A DNA stretch of 63,924 nucleotides, filler included, from Craspedostauros australis (GCA_030167865.1; 16 parts of 16 records of this genome joined end to end with filler, not necessarily neighbours in it), one strand, 5' to 3'; shown: positions 35,192 to 49,032, numbered from the whole stretch's first letter. Notes: generated from the sequence alone by a model not told the origin. Translations and numbers: made by a program.

Positions 35192-37333
35192 TCAGTCGAA
35201 CTTGGACAAGAAGCCTTTTCGGAATGCAATCTCCAATGCGAGAGCTGCAGCACCGAACAGCACGGCTGATTCTACCCCATTCACAAAGATCTGAGATAGC
35301 ATTCCCCAGTCCAGGTACTCCAGTGGCTCGCCGCCTGTGTTTAGTGGCCAGCATGGAATGATGAAGTGGCGGATTTCAGTTGTCGAGGAGCAATGGGCAG
35401 CAAAAGTGGTGGCAAGGTGACAGAGATGGGTCAGATGCGCTGGATTGGAGAAAGCGGGGCACAAACTCGGATAACTGCCATTGATGACGCTTCATTCCGC
35501 ACACGTGCAACGCTGTAGCGTGTGTGCACCATACTCACAGCTCAATGGCAACGCGGAGCAGGTTGGCGATGTCTGGACATTGGCCAGCGTCCGTGTCAGC
35601 ACGAATGCGCCGATGACACCTTGGTTGAGCATGGGATTGTTATCTCCTTCTCGCACTGCGTATCGATAGACCAAGGCGAACAAGGCAGCTTGGACGGCTG
35701 ACATGTCCGTTGCGAATTCCCATTGCGGCAACCCCCCACTGCCCGTGATGGATAACAGAGCATGGTGAATGAAGATGATCGGCGTGGCCCCCACAGCGCC
35801 ACCCACTCCCCCGATGGCGGCCGCCTTGGTGGATTCTATTCGCTGGGCCATATCGAACTGCGAGCCTTCGTTCTTTTGATTTTTCGTGCCTTTTACATCA
35901 TCCTCGTCGTCACCACCATCATCATTCTTATTGTTGTTGTTGTTGTTTCCACCGAAGTTGTTGAAAACGCCGAATCTGTTGCCTTTTCCAGATGCTTCTG
36001 TGGATTCGGTTGCTTCCTTGGTGGCAACGCCACCGAATGGATTGATGTTCATGAGGAACGTCTCGGCTTGAGCTTGGAATGATTTCATCGGATTCGTGCT
36101 CCTCTTGTCACTCGCAGGGCTGGAAGTGCTACCAGCCTTGGGTGGGGGTTCGAAAGAGCGCTCGAATCGGTCGCCTTGCCGAGAGGTGACTTCTGCGCCG
36201 CTTGCAGTACTGGTAGGTTTGCCACCGGCATTGACACCGGCGACGGTATCCACGCCAACGTTTCGAGTTGCTGGCGAGGAGTCAAAATCGAGCTCAAATC
36301 GGTGAACTTGCGGGTCGCTAGCTTGAGCGCTCTGAGCATTGACATCAACGCCAGCATCAACGTCGGCAGTTGAAGCCATGCTTGCAACAGGTTGTTGCTG
36401 TTGCTGCTGTTCCTTGTCGATATCGGCCTGCACCTGATGGCGCAATTGATCCCGCGACTTGGCGGAATATCCCGGCAGCATGAGTCGCTTGAGGGTGTCC
36501 TTGACGGCCGCATAGAAGAGCTTCTTCTCCATGAGCTTGGATATGGAGGGATGGTCCTCCGTGAAGATATTATTGAAGTATGACTCCCACTGGCGTTGCT
36601 GTGGCGCCATTTCCATCTGGACCTGCTGTCGCAGTTCATCTTGCGACATGGAAGAGTATCCAGGGATGAGGGCAGTCTTCACAGAGTTCTTGATGTTGGC
36701 ATAGAAGAGCTTCTTCTCGACCAGCTTGGCCTTGGTGGCTGGGTCATGCTGTTGCTGCGTATACGATTGCTGATGTTGCTGGCGTTCGGCCGGCGGATCG
36801 TTCGCAATGGGAAGAGCCCTGCCTGTCGCAGGTACGTTCGCTCGTGTCGCTCGTGCTTGCGTTTGTGCCGTGAGCACCGACAATGGCGATTGGTTGGAGA
36901 ATGCCGCTGTCGCCATCGTGGGATGCATGTTGGCAATGGATGTCGCATCATCGTCAGAAGTCAGCGTCGGCAAATTGATGGCGCCGGTTCCGAGCTGAAA
37001 GATGCTGCCGTCCACAACGAGCGCTGTGGTGTCGATGACGTCATGAATGAGCTTGTTGAATCGGCCTTGGGCAGTCGAGAGATCGTCCTGTGGGACACCA
37101 ACTGCGTTGCCGTTGGGTTGTCGCGTGGCTGATCTGTAGAGATCTCGCGCACTCCCCAAGGATATCGTGGAACGAACGAGAAAGTCGTTGCTCGTGAGCG
37201 CAGCCTGCAGCGGACCCACGTTGCCGCCTCTGCGCGCGTTGTTGTTGGTGATGTTCCGGATCGTGCGGCGCACTCGTGATGATCTCCCAATGTTGAAACC
37301 AAAGTGCGATGCGGGCGGTCTCGGGGTGGATCG
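35192..37333 (-). CDS. 5'-truncated membrane protein with a conserved plant/cyanobacteria-type C-terminal domain; exons 37333-35539 and 35334-35192
   Basis: RIESTKAAAIGG..LFALVYRYAVRE..NQGVIGAFVLTRTL. A GTGAGT..CAG intron joins to CGEPLEYLDW…FLSKFD*. Internal ~40-aa duplication. Confidence 0.75.
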
Positions 37334-37433
37334 NNNNNNNNNNNNNNNNNNNNNNNNNNNNNNNNNNNNNNNNNNNNTTAATTAATTAANNNNNNNNNNN
37401 NNNNNNNNNNNNNNNNNNNNNNNNNNNNNNNNN

Positions 37434-38626
37434 AAAAAATACCACAATGGCCGTCGAACGGTATGCTTGGCGCCGCAACAACCAGCCGGCCAATTCAAGA
37501 TCCAAGAACATCGCCGTAACCTCCACGCAACGTTTGGTGGGTGGACGAGCGGAGGCGGGAAGAGGGGTTGATTTGGGGCCGTCGTAGGCCCCAGAAATAC
37601 GATCACAATTTGGCTCCAAATTGGCTCGTTGGTTTTGGCCAGTGTGTGGCACACACAGGCCAAATCAGCGCCTGCGGATACGCAAGACGCCTCAGAAAAG
37701 GCAAGAAGAAGGCGCCCTCAAAGTTTGAGGCTCGCGGAGCACCGGGAAGGTCTCCGCGCGGAGGAAAAGGTGGTTCTGAGGAGTTTTGGTTGAGGCTTGC
37801 GCGGCACTGGTCGCNTGGCTTTGGCTGCGAGGAGCGATGGGACGACGCCCCTCAATCTCCAAGGCCCCCATACAAGATGCGTGCGGCATCAATTGAAGAT
37901 GTACGTCGTGAAGTATGCTCTGCTGAAGTTGTCTGAAAGATGCTGCAGCCGACCATATCTGCAGAATGGTCATGTTCGGTTGGAGCAAAAAATGCACCAC
38001 CACATCATCATCTGGAGGTGTATCACGTCATTCATGCACTCCCAGCCCATTCTGGATGCATCCGCGTGTCGCCATGGAGTGTGGGAATGCACGAGGAGTG
38101 CTTGGAGGGGCTGAAAGGATCGTATGGATGAGGTATGGATCCGTATCCATACCGCATCTGGATTGAACACGTTTTTTGGCAATCGCTCTGTTTCAGTGTG
38201 TGGCTGCATTGCTGCATGCAGAGCCAATGTCTGTGGCCAGCCTTCATGGAGTGGATAGCTGGGGGGTATGCAGAGCGAATGGTATGCACAGTTTGCTGAA
38301 ATACAAGGATGATGATGATGATCATGTGTGCTCATTGGAGGGCAACATTGTGGCATCAACAATTTTTTCCGAATCCGCCACACAAAACACAGCAAACCAA
38401 CATGACTTCCAAAATATTTTCTATACTCATTTAACTTTGATATTCTGATTAACAGATAGCCAGGCATCTGAGTGCAATGTTTAGATTTAATTTTAAACGA
38501 TGTGTTGTTGAGATATAGCATGACAAGCAGATATTTGGATGTGTTTTTGGATGGCCTCTAGACTCGTTTTAGTAGCATGGTCTGCCACCCACAAAACTCC
38601 ACAACTAGTGTTATCGCGGCAGTACG
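37434..38626 (+). mobile_element. Family A arm, close copy of 2802-3998
   Basis: The whole contig aligns collinearly and ends in GTTATCGCGGCAGTAC. Confidence 0.85.
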
Positions 38627-38812
38627 NNNNNNNNNNNNNNNNNNNNNNNNNNNNNNNNNNNNNNNNNNNNTTAATTAATTAANNNNNNNNNNNNNNNNNN
38701 NNNNNNNNNNNNNNNNNNNNNNNNNNAATTCCAAACCTGCGCCACCTGGTCGCTCATTTACTTGCTTCCATGTTTTGGCATCAAGTTTGGTGGTGGCATG
38801 TTTCCATATGAC

Positions 38813-39076
38813 CCGTGTGAGCCAATAGCGGTGCGGTCCAGGCAGGATTCTTTGATTTTGGTCCTTAGATTCAGATGAAACTTTGTCTAAATACAATTTA
38901 ACATGCTTAGATTCATAATCCGAGATTTCAGCTTCAGGGGGGGCTTAGTTTTAAAGTTATGAGGTGACGAAGTTGGGCAGGCTACCTCTAATGGAGCCCA
39001 CGATCTGTCGCGTTGTTTTTTTCCTGGTTTGGGACTATCTCATGACATTTGGCTTGGTTCACGAGTTCGAGAATCT
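38813..39076. repeat. Family B repeat copy
   Basis: Matches 26983-27246. Confidence 0.8.
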
Positions 39077-41673
39077 GTTTTTGATGGGACGGAGGCAAAA
39101 CATGATGCCCATTGCCGCATAGACGGGCAGACGACAAATTTCTGGGTGCTCACAACACAACCAACTCGCGGTGTCAACGCGCGCAGCTGCCCCAGCTGCT
39201 CTTCCCCTGCTCATCCTCGTTTCACTGCGTACAGGATAATGATGATGAAGGCGGTACTTCCAATGGACAGGGGAAAGTTGAGCTTTAAAGCTTGTGAAAG
39301 AGCGAGGCGGCGATGGAGAATGGTGTTGATTTCCTCAGTCTCGTGCATCGCCGTGTTGTACCGTGGCGAATGCCCTTGTTCACATGTGTTCGATCTCAGT
39401 CGTTCAATCCAACCCTTGTCAAAGAAATCGTCCCCAGTCTTTAGAGTGCATCATTATGAAGCATTGGAGTCAATGCAGTCTTCTGGGTGGTGGTGAGTAA
39501 GCTGGGGAAGAAGCAATGATGGAACCACTCCAATCGTCATCAACCCAAAGCGGGAGAGGCCATTTTAGATATGGGCTCGCGCAACCCCCAATAACGTCCT
39601 TTGTGTTCCATGGCATCGATCTACGCAATTTCTACTACTGAGACATATGAACGTTTGAAATTCAAATTTGAAATTTCGGGATGGCTCTCTTACTTTATCA
39701 TTGACATTCGTCAAACGTCATCATCAAAATTCATTGTCCAATCATTTCGTCTCATCATCATGACGTGTGTATGCCGGTACACGGACAGACAGCACCTGGT
39801 TTTCGCAAAGCCGCAAAACTCCACAAATTCGACGAATCGTTTGGCAAGAGGTGTTGGGTGGACCAACGAATTCGTCCCAACAACACCGTCCACCACAGAA
39901 GCTGAACAACATGCGCAAATACATCCAGTACAGCAAGTCAACCAGGCCCGCAGGTCAACATCATGGCCAACAACGACTCCAGTGTGGCCATCAACGATAT
40001 GCTCAATGTGCGCTGAGTAGAAGGACACTGCGTAGTTTGGAATGGACAGCATCATTGACAACCGTTGGACACCACCATCATATGAACACACCCACGGAGA
40101 TATCCACCAAACTACCCCACTGATGCTCACTGCAGCATCATCAGCGGAAGCAGCAACCATCGTCAACAATTTGCACCAATGCAAGAGGAATAAAAGTAGG
40201 ATGGAAGGGCGATGGTGCATCTGGATATACATCTCTTTACGCTCCCACCATGGGCCAAGTTACATCCCACATGACGGCACTGGGTGCAGGGCAATTAGGA
40301 ACAGTCAGCAATGTACAACAAGCTACGAAAGCTGTGCAATAGGACAACAACAATCTCAACAACAATGGCAGCACAATGACAAGGACAATGATCGGCGAGA
40401 TGGTGCATTCAGAACTTTGCGGATGGCGGAGCATTAAAGCTGTGGAATAAACATCCTGGTATTGTTCAGGAGGTTCCAATTGGCTGATGGCCAATAGCAT
40501 AGCATCTGGCTGGCTCCAATAGATCAACAGGGAGCACAGCACGCAGCACAGAGCTCAGCAGTACATGTTGCAAACAGCAGAGAGCACCGCATGTAGCTGA
40601 GGGTATCCAGCAAAGCATCCATCCAACGCCAAAATAGGATCAAACAATGAGCATTGAGTATCATACAGACTGTGTTCTGACACAGCCAACTGATCAGAAG
40701 ACATAATTCAGCAAGAGCCTGGAACATCTATCAACGTTTGACAACTCGTATGTGGTTTCCAGGAGCAGAAGCAGAAGCGAGAGAGTTTCCGAACACAGCC
40801 AACAAATTTGTACATATTTCAACATCAAGCAGAGTATCCGGCTGCAACCAGCTACTAGTGGATTTACAGTGAGCATCACTACATGACATTCGGTAACCAG
40901 AAATGAAGTATGAAGAACATACAGAAGAGAGAGAAGCACCCAACCACAACCAATAAATCCACAGAGAAGATCCAACAGGAAACAACTACCAGCATACAAA
41001 GGATTGAGCATCAAACTTGCTGCAAAGCAATTGGCAACAACCAAGAATCTACAACTCCCCCACACCAGAGCCCCACAGAAAGCAGAGCGCATGCGGTATA
41101 GTATCTAGAAACAATCAATAGACTAATTGACATCATTTGGCAGAGAGCATAGTTTCGGAACTCCGGCAACTCGAACAGCAATCAAATAAAATCCAAATCA
41201 GTACAAAAAACAGCAAACAACACAAAAACCATCACGATGTCAAGCAACGAACCTACCATGGCGGACCTTGAAAACGGGCCACTTTCCAGCCGCAACGAAT
41301 GATGCTGGCTTGCTTGCGTGCTCAGGATGCAAAGTGAAGCACTCTCAGGCACACAGATGACAGTCTTCTATTGAATATCTGTTGTTGGTGTAATGCTGAT
41401 ATACTCCTTGTTGTGAACCAGATTGCGACCACATGCCATGAATCCAACAAAGACACATGCTCTGTTCGTTTTTGCCCCTGTGTTGTTTCAGCCACAAACA
41501 CTCCGTCTCGGTTGCTCGTGACTGTACAGTCATTTTATTTTTGACCAATACGAGCTACGCGACTCGTTTGATCCCAAAACTCGCTCTGCAACAACAGCAA
41601 TGCGGAGCAGCCTACACACAACATCTCCCATGCTCAGGAATCACCTCATTGCAGCAGTGTCACAGCAAAAAGA

Positions 41674-44202
41674 GTGGAGACAAACGGAGGAGAAACGGTC
41701 GCACTGGCTCCCAAGGAGTTCACCACCGAGTACAGGCCAAGAACAAGCACGCAGAAAACGACGCAGAAGAAATACGGCGACAACATCGAACCGTTCGCGG
41801 CAGCCACTGGCAGCCATTCCATCGATTACATGGCAGGCCAGATGTGGAGCGCCAGAGCCAAATGGTATGGCAAAGACGAGACAGAGGCATGGGCCGCCAA
41901 CCCTTCAGTCAAAGACTGGGAGATGTTTTTCAGACGAGTTCTCAACGGGCGACACACCCAATACGGCCCTATAAGCCTTCCTTCCGACGACCCAAGGCGC
42001 AAGCGGGTGTGCATGGCAATCATGAGGATGACGTCCACTGATCCTCGGAAAGTCTTCCAGATCAATGCGAGTGGCGGAGTCAGCTCCAGATCCAGGCCGG
42101 CCAGAGCTTGGGAGGCGGTGCGCAGAGTGCTAGGCACTAATTACAATGTGGGAACGGCCCCAGATCTCTCCATCACGAGTCTCACTGACAGCGATGGCGA
42201 AGAACAGGCCCCAGACCAAGCGAAGACACTGCCAAGCACGGCGAGCAGGGATGCACCCAGAGGACCCCCAGGCGGCCCCAACCCGGCCAAACGGTCCAAG
42301 ATCTCGAAATCGCCCAATCACAGCAACTCAGTGCTGGGCACAAGCACCAACAAATTCGCGGCGCTGGCGGGCGAAGAGCCAGACATGCAACCGGGACCTG
42401 CAGACGACGTGCCAATGCAGGCGAATGACGAAGGCACCACACAGGTCCTGGCACAAATGGCACCCACACCAGCAGCCCCGGCCCCTGCCAGCAGCCGCAA
42501 AGAAGCATCGAGACGCCCAGGCGTGATGTTCAGCCAGGTGGCCTCCGAAATTGGAACGGACGACCAGTCCACAGAATCCAACACAAGCCAAATCCTTATC
42601 GGATTGCCCAGCCTCCAGCATACAACAAGGTTCATGTTCAAGATCAAGGCCAACCAAACCGGGCCTGACACCACCAAGGCGCTCCGCGACAGAATTGTGG
42701 CGTGGTTCCGGCAAGTCAGAATCATCGATCCATCAGCGGTCATCCTGCCTTGGAAGGACATGCTTGATGAGCGCCGGTACATCCAACATGTGGGTCAAGT
42801 CCCAGTGGAACTACAGGATCTCCGCGTGTTCTTCAAAGGCATCCAAGCATCTACAATGGACAGCAGCCTGACGTACACCAACGTCAGAATCATGACAGAC
42901 GTGCATCCTACCAACATCGCTGCCAAAAGAGATGCGGAAATGAATCCGTATTATTACAAGCACCAGGAAGGACTATACATCAGCATGCTGCAGGTCAAAA
43001 GCACCAAGGAGATCGGATTCCTGCTGTACTCTGGGGGTTTCAACGACGTCAAGGGCACCATGGAGCTCATCAACCGAGAGTTCTGCCGACGCCACAAGAA
43101 CACCAGAGTCGGCGGAAAGCTCAAGAACATAGTCATGGTGTGCGACAGCACGAAGGAAGCATACAAGACCAATGGCAAGCATTGGACGATGCAGCCCTTG
43201 CGAGCCATGAAAGTCAAGACAGAGAGCTCGCAAGCAGCCATCGCGGTGGAGAGAATGTGCGCGCTCCTCAATGAAGACGACAACCGACCAGCTGGGCTCC
43301 GCCTCCGGTTCCTTCCCGAAGCCAGGTACGAGCAGATGACGGAGAAGAAGAGAAGGCACCGCGACAACCTTGTGCAAAAGCATCAAGCGGTGTTGTTGAG
43401 TCTCAAGTACGTGGACATGGCCGGTGTAACCAAGCTGGACAACCCCGTCTATGGGGACAACCGAGAGCACATCACGCTCAGGTCTCACATCATGAACATG
43501 CATGATGATCAAGGGCAACCGATCTTCCAAAGCCTCGACATGGCATGTGCCCATGACGACCAACTCATCGGTCACGTGTTTGAGGAGAAAATGGCCCAAG
43601 CCTCCGCCACCATGAGCCTCCTGCCAGCCGTCGCGCGCATCCAGTTGGGCACCAAGCCCGATAAGTGGTTCAGCATCGACGCATGGCACGCAAACCTCAG
43701 CGTCATGTACGACAGTGTGACTAAGAAGTACAATGCGCCGGATCACAGCAACCTCGAACACCTCCTCAAAGAGGAGTTTCCCGCGAGTGTGGTCATCACC
43801 AATCTGCCACCAGACCTTGCCACCACAGAGAACCACCAACCGGCAGCACTCGACTACAGAAGCCTCTTTGGCACAGGAACTACTGTGGGATCACACATGA
43901 CCATGAATTCCGCAGTGACAGGGGTCCCAGGCACAGGTGATACAGAGTCCATCGCGACAACAGAATCTGAGAAACGCAGAGAGGCCACAAGAGCTGCAGC
44001 GCGAGAGCAGGAACGACAACGAAAAGAGTCCCTCAACCAGGCCAGGCTCGAAATCCAGCGCGCCGAGATCGACAAGCTACGAAAGGAGCTTGAGGCCCAG
44101 CGAAGCAACGCCAACCCCGGGCCGGGGCTCTCCCGCAATGTTAGCAAGCCCTGCAAGCCGCGCGCAGCCCGGCCGGCAGAGCAACAGGCAAGACAACACT
44201 GA
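41674..44202 (+). mobile_element. ORF1 of an Ambal-like non-LTR retrotransposon (first ATG at 41830)
   Basis: Uninterrupted 842-codon ORF with NKFAAL, DPSAVILPW and a C-terminal coiled coil. Directly followed by an overlapping APE-domain ORF. Confidence 0.7.
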
Positions 44203-44606
44203 TCGATCAGGCACAGAAGAGGTGATCGATCAATTCGCCTCCATAGGAGGGGACTCCCAGAACATCGTCCCAGGTCACATCCGGGTGGCAGCACTCAATC
44301 TCGTAGGCCTGCCCATGGACGAGACTGACCCCAAGTACCAGGATCTCTGGGAAACGATCAGCAAATACAACGTTGATGTCATGCTCTTGACCGAGGTAGG
44401 CATCAACTGGAGCAAGGTACTGTGGCACAAACGATTCCACGAAATTGTCCAGCAGAACGTGCTCCAATCTCACACCGTCACACCACACAACCAAGCCAAC
44501 CTGATGCGGGTGCGGCAGTGGGGCGGGACAGCGATCCTTGTCAAGGGCAGTACTAGGGGTGGCATTCTGACAAGCGAAAAAGATATCCATCAATGGGGCA
44601 GATGGG
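44138..44606 (+). mobile_element. ORF2 start: apurinic-like (EEP/APE) endonuclease, cut off by an LTR insertion
   Basis: IRVAALNLVGL, DVMLLTEVGINW, QWGGTAIL, WGRW. ATG at 44138 overlaps ORF1 by 65 nt in the +1 frame. Confidence 0.8.
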
Positions 44607-45989
44607 TGTCGAGATGTACATGTGAGTATATGTCGAGATGTACGTGTATATGCGCATCGTTCACCCGCTATTCTCTCATACGCACTTGGACGGTAAAACT
44701 ACATTCGTGTCTATAGTATGCTGTGATTCGTCAGAATTACAGTGGAAATGGAACACACGAAAATGAGCAAGGTTTCTGGAGGAAGTTTGCAATCGACGAT
44801 TTCTGAGGGAATTAGAAACATCGTCTGTCCATCCATCAATGGTACCAAGAGAATCTCGAGGTACTTCCCAACTAAACCTCAGATGACGATATCACCTGAC
44901 AGACTACTGCATCACCAATGGAACGTGACATCTGGAGAGCAGAAGGACACCTACTGACGTTGACAGGATGTCATCATGTCACCACGTCAACATCTGTCTC
45001 CAAGTCAGAGCAGGAGGCGAAGATCCGATGACTGAAGGGCATCAGCATCATGGATACAGAAGGTGAAGTTCAAATGGTAAGTACTCATGGAGTAGGAACC
45101 AGTAGTGAATGAACGGAGTGTTGAATGCGGAGTACGCATCGAACACGGAGTATCGCGTAGCACGAAGCACACAATGCTGAGACAGAGAGAGAGAGAGAAT
45201 ACAGAGAGGAGCGAGAGAGCATCTCGCGCACCGACTCATAGTCGGAGACTGAATCTACGAAACAGATTGAAGCACCAAGAGCATCGGGCAAGAGAACGGG
45301 CGTACACCGAGAGGATTGGAGTGCCAACGTAATGAAATAGCAAATGAACGACTATCAACCAACACCATCTTCCACGATCGTAGGTTACTGTGAGCGGAAC
45401 TTGCCAACATCCATCCATCAATGGTACCAAGAGAATCTCGAGGTACTTCCCAACTAAACCTCAGATGACGATATCATCTGACAGACTGCTGCATCACCAA
45501 TGGAACGAGACATCTGGAGAGCAGAAGGACGCCTACTGACGTCGACAGGATGTCATCGTGTCACCACGTTGACATCTGTCTCCAGGTCAGAGCAGGAGGC
45601 GAAGATCCGATGACCCATGAAGATCATGGATACGGGAGATGAAGTTCAAATGGTAAGTACTCATGGAGTAGGAACCAGTAGTGAATGAACGGAGTGTTGA
45701 ATGCGGAGTACGCATCGAACACGGAGTATCGCGTAGCACGAAGCACACAATGCTGAGACAGAGAGAGAGAGAGAGAGAATACAGAGAAGAGCGAGAGAGC
45801 ATCTCGCTCACCGACTCATAGTTGGAGACCAAATCTACGAAATAGATTGAAGCACCAAGAGCATCGGGCAAGAGAACAGGCGTACACCGAGAGGATTGGA
45901 GTGCCAACGTAATGAAATAGCAAATGAATGACTATCAACCAACACCATCTTCCACGATCGTAGGTTACCAATCACGGAACGTGCCAACA
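44607..45989. mobile_element. LTR (TGTCG...CCAACA, 44607-45409) followed by a tandem partial copy (45410-45989)
   Basis: About 580-bp direct repeat, 44828-45409 vs 45410-45989. Both end GGAAC(T/G)TGCCAACA. Third copy at 49033-49523. Confidence 0.75.
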
Positions 45990-46688
45990 TCGACTCACAT
46001 CTGCCATCGATGTCCACACATCACATTTTGAGACCGTGGACTCTGTTTGTGTTTGTTCTGCTAGGCTTCAAATCGATAGTGTGAACACCAATGCTCCAAC
46101 ACGACGACAATGCATGAATGCCCGTGTGCGGACTAATACATAGGATTCGAAGATGGAACTGACAGGAGAAGATCGCAGCAGGCATGATGCCAATACCCAT
46201 TTCATTGACGTTATGGATCGATGTTGGCGCCGTCTCAATCACAGCTCGTGTACCGGCAAGCACGACTGTAAAATGAACACTTCGTGCATCCACGGAATCA
46301 GAGGGGACGATAGGGCACGATGTGGAAGCAACGAGGCAATGTGACAGCGAGGTAACGAGACAACATGGCGACATTCTTCTGTCCAAGGGTGGGGGAGCCT
46401 GTGATTCCACTGGTGCGAGTACTCCATTGTATCATATTATATTATCTACTAGAATACTTGGCATTGTGACACATTGCTTTCAATTGCAACAGCTTATTAT
46501 ATTGTACTATGGACTGTTATACTTCACTGGTGTCGGTACTTGGATGTGGACTGTGCGAGTTGCTCTTGATCATGCTGTGTGCGGTGACNNNNNNNNNNNN
46601 NNNNNNNNNNNNNNNNNNNNNNNNNNNNNNNNTTAATTAATTAANNNNNNNNNNNNNNNNNNNNNNNNNNNNNNNNNNNNNNNNNNNN

Positions 46689-47753
46689 ACCTGGGGTGGC
46701 AATGTGCACATCTTTGGTCACACATATGCTGCTACTCCCGACCTCATGGAGTTCCGCATCTTGGTGGCCATCGTTAAAGTGCAAGGACTGCTCATGTACA
46801 GAGCTGACATCGCGAATGCAGTCGCCAAAGCACCTGCCAGTGCACAACATCACTACATGCAAATTGATGATCAGTTCCGCAGCTAGTGGAAGCACAATCA
46901 TGACGTTGCTCTGGGTCAACACATGGTTGTGCTTTTCTCAAGAATCTACAGAGCATCCTGAAGCACCGCTACAGCAGAGTCCACATACCAATNNGCTACT
47001 CAAGGACATGGGGTTCACACAACAACTCAAGCACCATGTTTGCACATTGGAAACCTTCACGCCCACAATGCATACATGCCCTGGCAGGTGGAAAACTTTG
47101 CGGTGGCAACCAAGGATGAGACCTTTTATGAGGAGTTCTGTGACATGCTTGATGCTTGGCTGAACCATCCCATCACTTGGTACGGTCTGTTTGCACACTA
47201 CAATGGACTGGATCTCACTCAGGCCTGACGACATGTGAATGAGCACTGCTCCACATACATCGACAAGGTGCTCTGGCGACACGATTGGCATTGATTGAAG
47301 TCTACACAACGCCTACCCATGCGCGCAGACAATGGATGTGTGTGTGGCAATTGGATCAGGCAGTCTTACCCAACATGGAAGCCAAGCATCATGGTCTGCA
47401 ATCCAAGTCCTTCAGCTACCACTGAGCCATTGGCAAGCTCATCTGGGCCATGGTTTCCTGTCGTCCTGACATCTCCTTCTCTGTGGTGAAGCTGAGCCAA
47501 GTCTTGATGAACCCTGCACGTGTACACTACAAAGCCGTCAACTACCTCTTCAGGTATGTTGCATCCACCAGGGACTTTGGGATCACCTACTGGTGACAGT
47601 CTCCTGTTCCGCAGCTTGCAGATGTGCCAGCACTGAAACACCTCTTGCCTGCCAACAACAAGCGCCACAGCCCAACGGACCAGGCCACCATCCAGGCAAC
47701 TTTGCTACATGTATGCATGGACGCCGATTGGGGTGCTGATACAAGGTGTCGTA
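46689..47753 (+). pseudogene. Decayed diatom Copia RT-RNase H fragment
   Basis: TYAATPD..RILVA..ADIANA..YMQIDDQF and later MDADWG. Multiple stops and frameshifts; CpG-poor. Confidence 0.8.
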
Positions 47754-47853
47754 NNNNNNNNNNNNNNNNNNNNNNNNNNNNNNNNNNNNNNNNNNNNTTA
47801 ATTAATTAANNNNNNNNNNNNNNNNNNNNNNNNNNNNNNNNNNNNNNNNNNNN

Positions 47854-48932
47854 TGCGAATGGCTCCATGCCAGTGGCTGCATCTACTGGTGCAAGCCAGC
47901 AACCATTTACAGAAGAGAACAGATGAAGCAGACAACCCCATCATTGGACACGGATTCTCCCAAGTCAGTTGGCCGATCCTTCATGATTTGGAGAGGCAGG
48001 GACAGCAATCACTTCAGCTCCAACTTCTTCCTTCGAGCAAACACCCAACCAATGTTGAATGGTGCCTACGACCATCGGTACTCCATCGGCAGCGTGCAAG
48101 ACTTCCTCGATCTTGCGCGCTACATCCTTCTCACCCCTGGCCAGTGCATCACCAATCTACGATGCCGATCAGGTGCATTNGGGGAGGACTTTACCGTTGC
48201 ATTTGGGATTTCGCCTCATCTCTGCTCTNTGCTGTGGGCACTTGCAGCACGTCGTGGGGACCTGAAGCCAAAGCATCTCCTTTGGGCCCTGTACTACATG
48301 CGGCACTACCCATCCGTTCGCATGGCATGCGTCTTCCTTCGGACCACGGATAAGACTCTCAAGCTCCATATCTGGTCAGCCATCAAGGCTGTAGCAGATT
48401 TGAAAAATGATGTGGTAAGTCCCAAGGGGAATGCATTTCACTCACAATTGATTCAGCAACAAACAAGCTCACATCTTTTGCACTGCTTGTCTCTCTTTGA
48501 CGTCGCCATGAAAAGATCCTGTGGGAAAACCGATACTCTGGGGATTTGAACAGATCATGCCTGGTCACGGTTGATGGCACTGATTTCAAGATCAACGAGC
48601 CAACCCCATTCGATCGCAAGTGGTATTCGCACAAGTTCCGATCGGCTGGAATCAGATATGAGATCGCTGTGTCGATCCAAAAGGGAGATATCGTATGGAT
48701 GAATGGTCCGTTTGCTTGTGGGCGGCACCCAGACCTCAAGATCTTTCGCTCTTTGCTGAAACAGTACTTGGATGATGGTGAGATGGTGGAGGCTGATCGT
48801 GGATACCGCGGTGACGAAGCTGTCCGAACATCCGATGATTTTGTTACAGAGGCGGAGAAGCAAGCCAAAAGCCAAGCTCGTGCTCGCCATGAGACTGTGA
48901 ATGGCCGCTTCAAGAATTGGAAGATCCTGGAG
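47854..48932 (+). mobile_element. PIF/Harbinger (ISL2EU-like, DDE_Tnp_4) transposase, truncated; intron 48415-48515
   Basis: PKHLLWALYYMRHYP, spliced NDV|ILWENR, VDGTDF, WYSHKF..GIRYE, NGPFACG, ADRGYRG, RARHETVNGRFKNW. Confidence 0.9.
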
Positions 48933-49032
48933 NNNNNNNNNNNNNNNNNNNNNNNNNNNNNNNNNNNNNNNNNNNNTTAATTAATTAANNNNNNNNNNNN
49001 NNNNNNNNNNNNNNNNNNNNNNNNNNNNNNNN

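Noticed and set aside
39800..41300. Decayed LINE ORF2 3' end upstream of the Ambal-like ORF1
   Set aside because: Only a faint CxxC and Trp pattern in fragmented frames. Too weak to call without a search.
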